A stretch of DNA of 64,000 nt from an uncultured Gemmatimonadales bacterium. GTDB taxonomy: Bacteria > Gemmatimonadota > Gemmatimonadetes > Longimicrobiales > Longimicrobiaceae. The translations under genes were made by a program, and so were the position numbers. The first letter of the stretch is position 1, and each line of letters opens with the position of its first letter. The DNA lies in assembly GCA_963716255.1 (NCBI GenBank), contig OY970303.1, positions 3,456,001-3,520,000 on the forward strand. Direction: 5' to 3'. The notes beneath the pieces were generated by a model. The model was not told where the DNA came from. It did no database searches and was given only the letters and a program-made list of their open reading frames with translations. Positions 23,676-39,286 of the stretch are shown here, one piece after another.

Positions 23676-24989
23676 ATGCCCCCTGCCAAGCATCCGCAAA
23701 GGCTTACGCGTCCGGATCGTGGACAGGCTCCGCCCCCTGCTTTGCTCGCCCAGGGCGAGCCTTTCGACGGGTTCAACGTCATCGACGAATGGCAGAGCCC
23801 CGCGGCAGTCCTGCCGTGGCAAGCCCTCCGGGACGCGATCCTTTGGGCGAGGCGCGCGGAAGCGCCCGTTCGGCTGTTCGCGTTCACCGCGCCGGAGCGA
23901 CGCGCGGCGGAACTGGCGGACCCGGCCATCCCGGACGACATCCGCGCGCCGCTGATAGCCCTTTCTCGCGTCCTATCGCCTACCTCCACGCCTGCGCGTC
24001 AGGAACTGGCCGAGGCCTGCCGGGCAATCTCCAGGTGGGCAGAGAGCAGCGGTCGCCCACAGACCGCAATCTCGTTCGCGCAAGGAGCCGCTCTGATCCA
24101 AATCACGCATGCAGGCCATGCCTATCAAGTGGCCCTGCTATGCCGAAGAGCGGCTGAGTACGAACGTGCGGAGACGTGGTATCGGCGCGCTGTCCGCCTC
24201 GCTTCGCGGGCGCGGGACCGCCGAACCTTGGCGCTCGCGTGGCTGGGGCTGGCAAACCTGCTTATCCAAGGCGGCGACTACGAGGCAGCGAAGGTGGTGC
24301 AGTTCCGGGCCCTCCGCATTGGTCGGCGGTCCGGGCTCTGGATCATAAAAGGGATGGCGCTACACGATCTGTTCACCGTCGCAGTAGAGCAGGGCCAGGT
24401 AGCGGAAGCCGAGAGCCTGGCGTGGCAAGCGTTTGGCGCCTACCCCGCCGCCGCGGACCGGCTCCCCGCGCTGGCAAGCGATGTTGCGTCTCATTGGCTG
24501 TACCAAGGTTTCTATAAGCGGGCTTTGATCGTGTTTCAGGCCGTACTCCCCACGCTCCGACTCAAGTCTGAACGCCTGTTGGTCCTGTCTATGATCTCCC
24601 GCGCAGCCGCGGGCCTCGGGGACCTGGTCCTCTTTCAGAACGTTTGGACAAAGGCGTGGGCCGTACTCGACCGGGAGCCAGCCACCAACCGCGCTTGCGC
24701 CGCGCTTTACAACCTCGCCTATGCTTCAGCTTGCCTGAAGGATTGGGACCGGACCCTTTTAGCGGGAAAGTATTCGGTGGAGGTGGCGATTCGCAGGGGT
24801 GAATTAGAGGTCGGCAAGAACGCGGCTCAACTGGTGGAGGCGGTACAGCGAGCGGCATTCGAGCACTCGTTGAGGCGCCGCCCGGACGAGCCCGAAGTGC
24901 TGGAAGCTGCAGAAACGCTCGCCCAGCGACTCGTTCGACGGCTAGCCGCGCACGGAATCGAATCCCCGCGCGCGGCAAGCTCCTCGTAA
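23676..24989 (+). CDS. TPR-like helical repeat protein (cassette 1)
   Basis: AETWYRRAVRLA, LAWLGLANLL...GDYEAA, ALHDLF; paralogous to 54975-56255. Confidence 0.8.
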   Translation: MPPAKHPQRLTRPDRGQAPPPALLAQGEPFDGFNVIDEWQSPAAVLPWQALRDAILWARRAEAPVRLFAFTAPERRAAELADPAIPDDIRAPLIALSRVLSPTSTPARQELAEACRAISRWAESSGRPQTAISFAQGAALIQITHAGHAYQVALLCRRAAEYERAETWYRRAVRLASRARDRRTLALAWLGLANLLIQGGDYEAAKVVQFRALRIGRRSGLWIIKGMALHDLFTVAVEQGQVAEAESLAWQAFGAYPAAADRLPALASDVASHWLYQGFYKRALIVFQAVLPTLRLKSERLLVLSMISRAAAGLGDLVLFQNVWTKAWAVLDREPATNRACAALYNLAYASACLKDWDRTLLAGKYSVEVAIRRGELEVGKNAAQLVEAVQRAAFEHSLRRRPDEPEVLEAAETLAQRLVRRLAAHGIESPRAASSS

Positions 24990-24990
24990 A

Positions 24991-25215
24991 TCAGGCTCCT
25001 GATCCCAGCGTTCCAGGGCCCCGCTCGGCAACGTAGGACGTGTCTGAAGTCGTGGTCGTGGTTGATCCATCCACCTTGTTGCCCGAGCCCAGCGTAATGA
25101 TGTTGGTAGCGCCGTGATCGGGGACCGCCTCGGGCTCCGTTAGTGCAGTGTCAGCGCTGCAACCCGCAAGAGCGAGGACCGCCAGCAGCGCCACTATACC
25201 GTTCCGTGCCTTCAT
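24991..25215 (-). CDS. Small lipoprotein-type precursor with a duplicated TLGSG(N/A) motif
   Basis: SD AAGGAG; lipobox LAG-C; internal TLGSGN and C-terminal RGPGTLGSGA. Confidence 0.8.
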   Translation of the reverse strand: MKARNGIVALLAVLALAGCSADTALTEPEAVPDHGATNIITLGSGNKVDGSTTTTTSDTSYVAERGPGTLGSGA

Positions 25216-25440
25216 GATGCGCTCCTTGTGGAGAGAGGGAAAGAAGTTGCCGGCGCCCGGAAGCTAACGGGGCCACATTTCTCGCCCTAACCGTTCGGAT
25301 TGGTGGCGCACCTATTCGGACAAATGGCCGCGGCGCGCGAGGGTGCTCTTCCGTGTCACGACCGCGGGGATGGTCTCGTCTCAGCTGCGGCGGCCGGGCG
25401 AACCAACCCTGCGCGCCGACGAACCTCATCGGAGACGACC

Positions 25441-25923
25441 ATGGAACAGCGGATCGATTACAGGCAGGCGGCGCCGGGCGCGCTGAGAGCCATGTTCGGG
25501 TTGGAGCGCTATGTCCAGGAGAGTGGGCTGGAGCACTCGCTGCTGGAACTGGTGAAGCTCCGCGCCTCGCAGATCAACGGCTGCGCCTACTGCGTGGACA
25601 TGCATACCAAGGACGCGCGTGCCGCCGGCGAGGGCGAGCAGCGGCTCTACGCGGTGTCCGTGTGGCGGGAAGCCCCGTTCTTCAGCGGGCGCGAGCGGGC
25701 TGCGCTCGCCTGGACCGAGGCTCTGACCCAGGTGAGTGAGAAGGGGGTTCCGGACGAGCTGTATGCGGAAGCGCGCGAGCATTTCTCGGAGCGAGAGCTG
25801 GTGGACCTCTCCCTGGCAGTGGTCGCCATCAACGGGTGGAACCGCCTGGCCATCTCCTTCCGGCCGCCCGTGGGTGAGTACCAGCCACGCGCGACGCTCC
25901 AGGTGGAGACCCTCGCGAGTTAG
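25441..25923 (+). CDS. Carboxymuconolactone decarboxylase/AhpD family protein
   Basis: LVKLRASQINGCAYCVDMH, RERAALAWTE, AINGWNR. Confidence 0.92.
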   Translation: MEQRIDYRQAAPGALRAMFGLERYVQESGLEHSLLELVKLRASQINGCAYCVDMHTKDARAAGEGEQRLYAVSVWREAPFFSGRERAALAWTEALTQVSEKGVPDELYAEAREHFSERELVDLSLAVVAINGWNRLAISFRPPVGEYQPRATLQVETLAS

Positions 25924-26012
25924 CGTCAGGCTCGTCTGGAGATGAAAAGAACGGTGCCGGGTGCGCCCTTCGGCGTCCGGCACAGTTTCATCATGATCGC
26001 GTAACGAGACCC

Positions 26013-26296
26013 TTGACGGCCTGTGGAGAGCCAAGTATCATATGTGCCCTTCGCGAAACAAGCGGGTAACGCCGACCAGTGGGGGGTTGACGGACCGGTC
26101 GAAGAGGTTTATTCTTTCGGGCTCCTCTTCGGACGGATGCAGGGCGGTTGCGGTGCGGCGAAAACGTCGCGGTGGCGCCTTGACGATCCAGTCTAAGTGG
26201 TTTAGGATTGCGGGCTTGGCCGACGATTTCGTCGGGTAGAAGATGGAAAAAGAAGTTTCGGCAGGGGTTGACGGGCGGGGAGTGCAGGGTTAGCTT
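26013..26296 (+). promoter_or_regulatory. Four tandem sigma70-type rRNA promoters
   Basis: TTGACG-N17-TATCAT (26013), -TATTCT (26087), -TAGGAT (26180), -TAGCTT (26268). Confidence 0.8.
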
Positions 26297-26526
26297 GGAG
26301 GGCTCGCCGGAAGGCGGGCGAGTGACACGACGAGCCGGGTGAAACTGGCTGGGTCGTCCTGAAGCGAGTCATGGGCTCGCGTGTGTTTTGACAATTCGGG
26401 TTTTGGGGGAGTGCGAAGAAGTGTGCGCCCCGGAGGGAAGGCACCACGTCCTTTTCTCCAATGGGATTAAAAACGTGAAAGAGTTCCGGACACGGAAACG
26501 TGTTCGAACGAGCTAAATCGAAGTCT

Positions 26527-28080
<1,554 letters not shown>

Positions 28081-28297
28081 AGAGAAGCCGAGTAAGTCCT
28101 TCGGGGCAGAAAGGCACTCGCAAGTCGAGCGCACATGGTATTCGCACCTCCCCCGAAGCTTGAATTGATTGACAATCCGGGTGAAGGGAATAGGGAGTAG
28201 CAAAGGCTGAGAAAGAGCACCTTTGGCGGTGGGCCGGAGTGCGTCGTCCATGGACTTTGGGGGTAACCCTGGGGTGTGTGGGCGCGAAAGCATATCC

Positions 28298-31292
<2,995 letters not shown>

Positions 31293-31427
31293 GGTCGATA
31301 GGCAGGACCGGCGCATCGTCAAAGCTCTTTCGAAGTACTTGCTGCTCCCATTCTCTTCCCCTGATTTCTGTAGCGCGGGAGCGATCCCGTGCGAGGCACC
31401 GCGGACCTTGGGGTCCGCAGCCGGTGC

Positions 31428-31545
31428 GGCTGGTGGCGATGGCGTGGGGGATACACCCGATCCCATCTCGAACTCGGAAGTTAAGACCCACTGCGCGGAT
31501 GGTACTGCCGGGGCCACCCGGTGGGAGAGTACGGCGCTGCCAGCC
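31428..31545 (+). rRNA. rrf: 5S rRNA
   Basis: GGCTGGTGGCGAT...CCCATCTCGAACTCGGAAGTTAAG...GGGAGAGTA...GCCAGCC. Confidence 0.96.
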
Positions 31546-31554
31546 CTGTTCTTC

Positions 31555-31591
31555 AGAGCCCCTCGATCCTATCACGGATCGGGGGGCTCTG
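31555..31591. terminator. rRNA operon terminator hairpin
   Basis: CAGAGCCCCTCGATCC...GGATCGGGGGGCTCTG. Confidence 0.7.
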
Positions 31592-31597
31592 CTCGTT

Positions 31598-33814
31598 TCA
31601 GCTCTCCGGAAGCGCGAAGCTCAGAAAGCGCTCAAAAAGCGGTGTCCTGCGGTAGAGGTCTCTCGGTCCCGGGGCGCCCCGCACCCACTCCTGCTCCTGT
31701 ACCTCGGCCAGTCCGAACCCCTCCAGTGGCCGCAGGAACCGGGTCTCCACGATCAGCGGCATCGGATCGCCGTACGGGCTCCGCGGGGGGGCTTCGCCGA
31801 CACCGGGGAGGACGATGCTCTCGGCCAGGTCGTAGGGCGTACTCCACTCGCCGCCGACGTGCCCGAAGCGGAAGAGGGTGTAGCCGATGCTGAACTGGAA
31901 CTCGGGTACGTCCGGGGCGCCGTCGAGGTACTCCAGGTTGAAGCGTCGGAAATGCACGCGGAAAAGCGTGGCGAACAGCTCGCCGGCGCGCCCTTCGGCG
32001 GACAGCTTCTCGCCGGTGCGCGTCAGGCTGAAGAGCCCGTTGCGGCGCTTCACCAGCCCGGCCAGCTCCAGCAGGATTCGCGTGATGTGAAGCGGCTCGA
32101 CGTCCTCCTCGTTCGCGGTCCCGGGCACCGGCAGGTCCCATCGTGACTTCGGTGACTTCATCCGCTCCCGGAAACGAGATACGAATACGCGTGGCAGGTT
32201 CCCCTTGGGCGTCGCCTTCACCTGTCCTTCGGCGGCGAGTATCTCCAGGAAGAGCCGCGCGTTGTACAGCGTGCGAGAGGATGCCAGTTCGTCGACTGTC
32301 AGCGTGGCGTCGAGCCGCACGGCGCTTTCCGCCCCCTGCCAGTCCGCGTCCAGCAGCCACTGCACGTCGCCGGGGGAGAGTCCGCCCATCCCTGGATCGA
32401 AGGGCGGCAGCATGTCGAACCCGGCCGAGCGGAGCGCGGCGGTCAGTTCCTCGATGTCGGCGTCGGGATTGCCGGCGAGAAACTGCTCCACGAACGCCTC
32501 CGCCTGCCGGAGCATCGCCTCCGCCTCGTGGCGGAGCGACGCCGTGCCTCCCTCGCTCTCCACTTGGTTGCGCGGTCCGGGTCCGAGGCTTTGGCCTGGA
32601 GCCGGTGCCCAGCCGCCGTCGTTCGCGCGCGGGCGTGTGAGGGCGAGCCGGAAGCGGATCTCTTCGATGTCCACCGTTTCGGGATCGAAGTCTTCGCCGA
32701 TCCAGTCCAGCATGTCGTCGTGCTCGGGAGCGGAGGTGTCGGCGAGCACCTCCAGCAGGCGCGCGTAGCCGAGGGGGCCTCCGGAGTCCTCCGGGGGGCC
32801 CGCGCGCTCCCCGGCCAGGTAGACGGGGTACTCGCGCCCCGGCTCGGCCGCGAGCACTTCCTCCACCTGGACGCGATGCTCCCAGCCGTCGCCGAAGTCG
32901 TACTCGTACAGGAGAACGCCGCCGGGACCGGTCAGCTGGTCGAGCCGCGCTGTCCGGGCGTTGCGCGTCCCGCGCCCCCGGTCCTCCTTGGAAGGCTCGG
33001 CGTACTCCACGCCTTTGAACTCGAACCGCCAGAGGTGGTAGTCCTCCCACCCCATCGAAGCCTGGATCACGCGGTGCAGGCCGACGAGGGTGGTGTCTTC
33101 CGGGACCAGCACGCGCCGCCAGATCGCCGGCCGCACGTCTGACAGGGTGATCTTGATCTGGTAGACGCGGCCGCCGGGTCCGCCCCCATCGCCGACGGGT
33201 GCCGGCCTGCTGCCACTGCCCCGGCGCGTCTGCCGTGCTCCGACCTGCTGCCGCTCGCCGGCTCCGGGCTCCTGCTTCCGCTCTGACCCCGCGCTCCCGG
33301 GAGCTCCGTCGGCGGGGATGAACGGGATGAGGCCGGCGTCGAAGGCAGCCTCCTGGACCTCCCGCGGCGCATGGCGCACGTCCATCGGCAGGCCGTTCAC
33401 CTGGAGCAGCCACACGAGCGGGTTGTCCGCCAGCTTGCCGGGCAGCGTCCATTCCGGGTCGAACCGCCGGAGATCCAGGGCGTCCCGGATCTTGCGAAAC
33501 TGGGCGGCGATGGTGCTTTCGCCGACCCCGCATTTCTTCGCCAGGTCCGCGGTGCTCATGTGCGGGTCCTGGGCCGGGTCGGACAGGAAGTTGACCCACC
33601 CCACCGCGTACACGATCGCCGCGGCCCACGTCCGCGGCTGCCCGCTCCCGAGCGGCGAGGGGCGTTTGCGCGCGAGGGCGGCGGCCATGCGCCTGGCGAG
33701 ATCCGCGTACTCGTCGTTCAGGTGCGCGACCGCGACGGCGTCGGTACGCTGGACGACCTGCTCGAAGCGGGCGCGCAGGCGTTCGGGAACGCGATAGGGA
33801 TCCTGGGCCGGCAC
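31598..33814 (-). CDS. Multidomain pRiA4b ORF-3 family protein with a DUF6398-like N-terminal domain
   Basis: YQIKITL...IWRRVLV...MGWEDYHLWRF...YEYDFGDGWEH...GPPEDSGG; N-terminal LARKRPSPL...WAAAIVYA; GTG start after GGAGG. Confidence 0.8.
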   Translation of the reverse strand: MPAQDPYRVPERLRARFEQVVQRTDAVAVAHLNDEYADLARRMAAALARKRPSPLGSGQPRTWAAAIVYAVGWVNFLSDPAQDPHMSTADLAKKCGVGESTIAAQFRKIRDALDLRRFDPEWTLPGKLADNPLVWLLQVNGLPMDVRHAPREVQEAAFDAGLIPFIPADGAPGSAGSERKQEPGAGERQQVGARQTRRGSGSRPAPVGDGGGPGGRVYQIKITLSDVRPAIWRRVLVPEDTTLVGLHRVIQASMGWEDYHLWRFEFKGVEYAEPSKEDRGRGTRNARTARLDQLTGPGGVLLYEYDFGDGWEHRVQVEEVLAAEPGREYPVYLAGERAGPPEDSGGPLGYARLLEVLADTSAPEHDDMLDWIGEDFDPETVDIEEIRFRLALTRPRANDGGWAPAPGQSLGPGPRNQVESEGGTASLRHEAEAMLRQAEAFVEQFLAGNPDADIEELTAALRSAGFDMLPPFDPGMGGLSPGDVQWLLDADWQGAESAVRLDATLTVDELASSRTLYNARLFLEILAAEGQVKATPKGNLPRVFVSRFRERMKSPKSRWDLPVPGTANEEDVEPLHITRILLELAGLVKRRNGLFSLTRTGEKLSAEGRAGELFATLFRVHFRRFNLEYLDGAPDVPEFQFSIGYTLFRFGHVGGEWSTPYDLAESIVLPGVGEAPPRSPYGDPMPLIVETRFLRPLEGFGLAEVQEQEWVRGAPGPRDLYRRTPLFERFLSFALPES

Positions 33815-34038
33815 GGACACCTCCGTTGGCGGTGGACGAGTTTGCGAACGGGTCCTCCCGGGATGCGGCCACCCGCCCACGGGAAGGTGCCGCCCTCGCG
33901 GGCGAAGCTAGGTGGACGCGGCGCAGAAACAAGCATGAGTCCCTTATGCGACACGTGCGCACCCCTTGCCGCAGGTACGCGCCGAGTGCAATCCTTCATC
34001 CACGATCCAGTCCTCGCGCACCCTTCTCACAGACGCCC

Positions 34039-36129
34039 ATGCGTGTGTCACTCCCGGCGGCGTTTCGCCGCGTACTGCCCGCTGTCCTTGTGCTCGCCTT
34101 CTTCCCCGCGGCTGCGGCCGCCCAGCAGGGTCCTGCCGCTCCCGGCTCCGTGCTGCTCCCTCCGCTACGCGTGATCGATCCGGACTATCTGGACCGCACC
34201 GCGAACGCATGCACCAACTTCTACCAGTTCGCCAACGGCGGCTGGCTGAAGCGCGACACCATACCGGCCGCGTACTCTTCGTCCGGGGTCTCACGCGACA
34301 TGAGCGACCGCAACGAGTTGGTCGTGCGGGCGGTGCTGGACGACGCGCGGGAGCGCCGCGCCTCGCTGCGCGAGGGGAGCACCGAGCGCAAGCTGGGGGC
34401 CTTCTACGGCACCTGCATGGACTCCACGGCGGCCGAGAGCGCGGGCGTGTCGCCGATCCGTCCCATGCTGGCGGAGATCGACTCCATCGACTCCCGCGCC
34501 AGGCTGATCGCGGCCATCGCGGCGCTGCAGGGCTCCGGCACGAACGCCGCGTTCGCGTACCGGGCGGAGGTGGACGCGCACGACGCCACCCGCTATCTGG
34601 CGTCGCTCCACCAGGGGGGGCTCGGTCTTCCGGACCGCGACTACTACACCAACACCGGCGCATCGGCGGACTCCATCCGCAGCGCCTACGTCGCGCACGT
34701 GGCGCGCCTCTTCACGCTGGGCGGCGCCACCCCGGCCGTGGCTCGGGCCGACGCCCGCCGCGTGATGGCCCTGGAGACGGAGCTCGCCCGCGTCTCGCTC
34801 ACCCGCCTGCAGCGGCGCGACCCCGCGGCCACCGACCATCCCATGTCCGTGGTCCAGCTGCGCACCCTCGCGCCCGGGGTGGACTGGCCGGCATACTTCC
34901 GCGCCATCGGCCTCACCGTTCCCGTGGAGCGTGTCAACGTGGCCGAGCCGGAGTTCTTCCGCCGCCTGGGCACGCTCGTGGCGGGCACCCCGCTCGCCGA
35001 CTGGCGCGCATACCTCCGCTTCCACGTGCTCGCGGAAGCGGCGCCCTGGCTCAGCACCCCCTTCGTCCAGGAGGATTTCGCCTTCCACTCGCGCTTCAGC
35101 GGCGCAAGGGAGCTGCTTCCCCGCTGGAAGCGCTGTCTCCGCGCGACCGATGGGATGATCGGCGAGGCGCTGGGACAGGCCTACGTGGCGAAGACGTTTT
35201 CCCCTGAAGCGCGCGACCGGGCCCGCGGGGTGATCGACGACATCCGCGCCAGCTTCGGCGACCGGCTGAGGCACCTGGACTGGATGTCGGACTCGACGCG
35301 TGCGCAGGCGCTCGCCAAGCTCGGCCAGATGGGCCAGAAGGTCGGGTACCCGGAACGGTGGCGTGACTACTCGCGCCTCCAGGTGGCGGAAGGCCCCTTC
35401 GTGCTCAACTTCCAGCGCGCCAGCGCCTTCGACTGGCAGCGGGTGGTGAACCGTCCCGGGAGCCCGGTCGACAAGACTGAGTGGGACATGACGGTGCCGA
35501 CGGTGAACGCGTACTACGACGCGACCAAGAACGAGATGGTCTTTCCTGCCGGCGCTCTCGCGCCGCAGACCTTCGACCCGGCCGCGGACGATGCGGCAAA
35601 CTACGGGTCGCTGGGGGCGAGCTGGGCCGGGCACGAGCTCACCCACGGCTTCGATGACGAGGGCCGCCACTTCGACGCGCAGGGGAACCTGCGCGACTGG
35701 TGGACGCCGGCCGACTCCGTGTACTTTTCCAGGCAGGCGGCGATCGTCGCCGAGCAGTTCGACGCGTACCTGCAGGTGGACACCCTGCACGTGAACGGCA
35801 GGCTGACGCTGGGCGAGAACATCGCCGACTTCGGCGGGCTGCTCGTCGCCTACGACGCGCTCCAGCGGGCCCTGCAGCGGAACGGCAGGCCCGGACCCAT
35901 CGACGGGTTCACGCCCGAGCAGCGGTTCTTTCTGTCGTACGCGCAGGCGTGGCGAAGCAATGCGCGGCCCGAGTCGCTCCGCAACCGCGTGACCGTGGAC
36001 CCACACGCCCCCGAGGTGTGGCGGGTGAACGGGCCGCTCTCCAACATGCCGCAGTTCGCGCAGGCGTTCGAGTGCAAGCCGGGTGACCCGATGGTGCGCC
36101 CCGCGGAGAAGGTGCCGCAGATCTGGTAG
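34039..36129 (+). CDS. M13 (neprilysin-like) metallopeptidase, secreted
   Basis: CTNFYQFANGGW, VNAYY, GHELTHGFD, GENIAD. Confidence 0.95.
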   Translation: MRVSLPAAFRRVLPAVLVLAFFPAAAAAQQGPAAPGSVLLPPLRVIDPDYLDRTANACTNFYQFANGGWLKRDTIPAAYSSSGVSRDMSDRNELVVRAVLDDARERRASLREGSTERKLGAFYGTCMDSTAAESAGVSPIRPMLAEIDSIDSRARLIAAIAALQGSGTNAAFAYRAEVDAHDATRYLASLHQGGLGLPDRDYYTNTGASADSIRSAYVAHVARLFTLGGATPAVARADARRVMALETELARVSLTRLQRRDPAATDHPMSVVQLRTLAPGVDWPAYFRAIGLTVPVERVNVAEPEFFRRLGTLVAGTPLADWRAYLRFHVLAEAAPWLSTPFVQEDFAFHSRFSGARELLPRWKRCLRATDGMIGEALGQAYVAKTFSPEARDRARGVIDDIRASFGDRLRHLDWMSDSTRAQALAKLGQMGQKVGYPERWRDYSRLQVAEGPFVLNFQRASAFDWQRVVNRPGSPVDKTEWDMTVPTVNAYYDATKNEMVFPAGALAPQTFDPAADDAANYGSLGASWAGHELTHGFDDEGRHFDAQGNLRDWWTPADSVYFSRQAAIVAEQFDAYLQVDTLHVNGRLTLGENIADFGGLLVAYDALQRALQRNGRPGPIDGFTPEQRFFLSYAQAWRSNARPESLRNRVTVDPHAPEVWRVNGPLSNMPQFAQAFECKPGDPMVRPAEKVPQIW

Positions 36130-36214
36130 CATGCAGTGAGGGAGACAGGAAGGCATATCGGCGCTCTGCCTCGCGGCAGGGCGTCGATTTTCTTGTCTGG
36201 GAACGCGGCCGGAC

Positions 36215-36535
36215 GTGCGGCTGGGAGACGGCTACGACGTGCCGGTTCCGTGGCTCACCTCGCTGGACCAGCCGGTGAGCGTGCTCCAGCTCACCGGCGC
36301 CCTCGTGGGGCGCGACGGCCCCGCGGTGCGCATCGGGGCCAAGGGGCTCGTCGTACGGCGCACCCACCTGCTGGTCAGCTCGATGGGCGCGCAGGCGCTG
36401 ATCCGGGACGAGGACGTGGAGAGCCTGCGGACCCGGCGGCGCGACGACCTCCCCGGACGGCCGCTGGTGTGGCAGGCGGCGCTCCGCAGCCTGGTGGCGG
36501 AGCTCACGGACGACGGTCGGCTCGCGGTGCGCTGA
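36215..36535 (+). CDS. Hypothetical protein
   Basis: GC3-biased ORF filling the intergenic gap; start uncertain. Confidence 0.5.
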   Translation: MRLGDGYDVPVPWLTSLDQPVSVLQLTGALVGRDGPAVRIGAKGLVVRRTHLLVSSMGAQALIRDEDVESLRTRRRDDLPGRPLVWQAALRSLVAELTDDGRLAVR

Positions 36536-36562
36536 GCGGGGAGCCGCGGGGACGGAATGCAG

Positions 36563-36595
36563 ACGAGACCGGCGGCCGATGGCCGCCGGTCTCGT
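36563..36595. terminator. Hairpin between convergent genes
   Basis: ACGAGACCGGCGGCC-GAT-GGCCGCCGGTCTCGT. Confidence 0.65.
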
Positions 36596-36638
36596 GCTTC
36601 GAGGGCGCGTCGCGGCCGAACGGGCCGCGGACCGCCTC

Positions 36639-38126
<1,488 letters not shown>

Positions 38127-38160
38127 GTTGGGCTCCTTGGATGTGCGGTGGAAACGGGCT

Positions 38161-39126
38161 TCAGAACGTCTGTCTGGCGGCGCCGGAGCGCCGGCCGGAC
38201 GCGGCGAACAGCACGGGACCGGTGGCGTCGGGGTCGGCGGGGAGGGGATGGTGGCGGAACGCCCAGAAGCCGGCGTCCTCGAACCACTTCCCCACCTGCT
38301 CGCGCGGGAACCCCTGCCACAGGTGCCCCATCTGGTGCCGGAACTCCTCGCGGTCGTGGGGCATCATGTCGACCACCAGGAGCCGCCCGCCGGGACGGAG
38401 GGCGCGGGCGGCCTCCCTGACCGCCGTGGCCGGCTCGGCCAGGTACGGGAAGACCAGGAAGAGGATGGCGGCGTCCAGCTCGCCGTCGTCCAGCGGGAGG
38501 CTCTCCACCGCGCCGCGGCGGACCTCCACGTTTTCGGTCCCTTCCAGGCGCTTGCGCGCGGCGGCCAGCATGGCCACCGATTCGTCCACGGCCACGACGC
38601 GGCGGACGAAGGGGGCGAGCGACTCGGACATCTGCCCGGTGCCGCACCCCAGGTCGCCCACCGTCCAGTCAGGGTCCACCAGCGCGAGAAGCGCCAGCAG
38701 GTCCATGCGGCGCCCGAAAAGCTCGGCGCGCAGGCGGTCCCACTCGCCGGCGGCGCTGGAAAAGAACTCCTGGGAGCGGGTGCGGCGCCGGGCGAGCACG
38801 CCCTGCACGCGCTGCGCGTCCTGCTCCGCGAAGGCCGTGGCGGACACCTGCTCGCGCACCAGGTTCCAGAGCCGGCGGGCCGGTGCGTCCAGGCGGTCGG
38901 GGAGCATCCGGTAGCGGCGGCTGGTCCCGTCCGCGTGCGACACGACCCAGCCCTCGTCGGCGAGCACCTTGAGGTGCCGGCTGACGGTGGACTGGGGAAG
39001 CTGGAGGACGGCGCACAGCTCGGACACCGTGAGCTCGTGCTCCTCCAGGATCAGGAGGAGCCGGCTCCGCGTGGTGTCGGACAGCGCCGACATGCGGTCG
39101 AAGATGGTGGGCAGGCTGGTCGTCAT
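38161..39126 (-). CDS. ArsR-HTH plus SAM-methyltransferase-fold regulator (SahR-like)
   Basis: [10 protein letters not shown]...[18 protein letters not shown]; directly upstream of ahcY. Confidence 0.88.
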   Translation of the reverse strand: MTTSLPTIFDRMSALSDTTRSRLLLILEEHELTVSELCAVLQLPQSTVSRHLKVLADEGWVVSHADGTSRRYRMLPDRLDAPARRLWNLVREQVSATAFAEQDAQRVQGVLARRRTRSQEFFSSAAGEWDRLRAELFGRRMDLLALLALVDPDWTVGDLGCGTGQMSESLAPFVRRVVAVDESVAMLAAARKRLEGTENVEVRRGAVESLPLDDGELDAAILFLVFPYLAEPATAVREAARALRPGGRLLVVDMMPHDREEFRHQMGHLWQGFPREQVGKWFEDAGFWAFRHHPLPADPDATGPVLFAASGRRSGAARQTF

Positions 39127-39149
39127 TATCATCCGTTGATCCGGATTGA

Positions 39150-39178
39150 ATGATATACACGCTCCAGGTGGCTGTCAA
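39150..39178 (-). promoter_or_regulatory. sigma70 promoter of the regulator-ahcY operon
   Basis: TTGACA-N17-TATCAT on the minus strand. Confidence 0.75.
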
Positions 39179-39286
39179 GCGCCGGGATGCAGGGTTTCGC
39201 TGCTCCGATTCCCGCCTGCAAACGCGGAGCGGCGCGCCTCCCGGGGAGGTGCGCCGCTCCGCGCGGTTGGAGTGCCGGATTCCGAC

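Noticed and set aside
23500..25300. Lower-GC TPR loci read as prophage or IS islands
   Set aside because: No integrase, transposase, att-like repeats or phage genes are visible.
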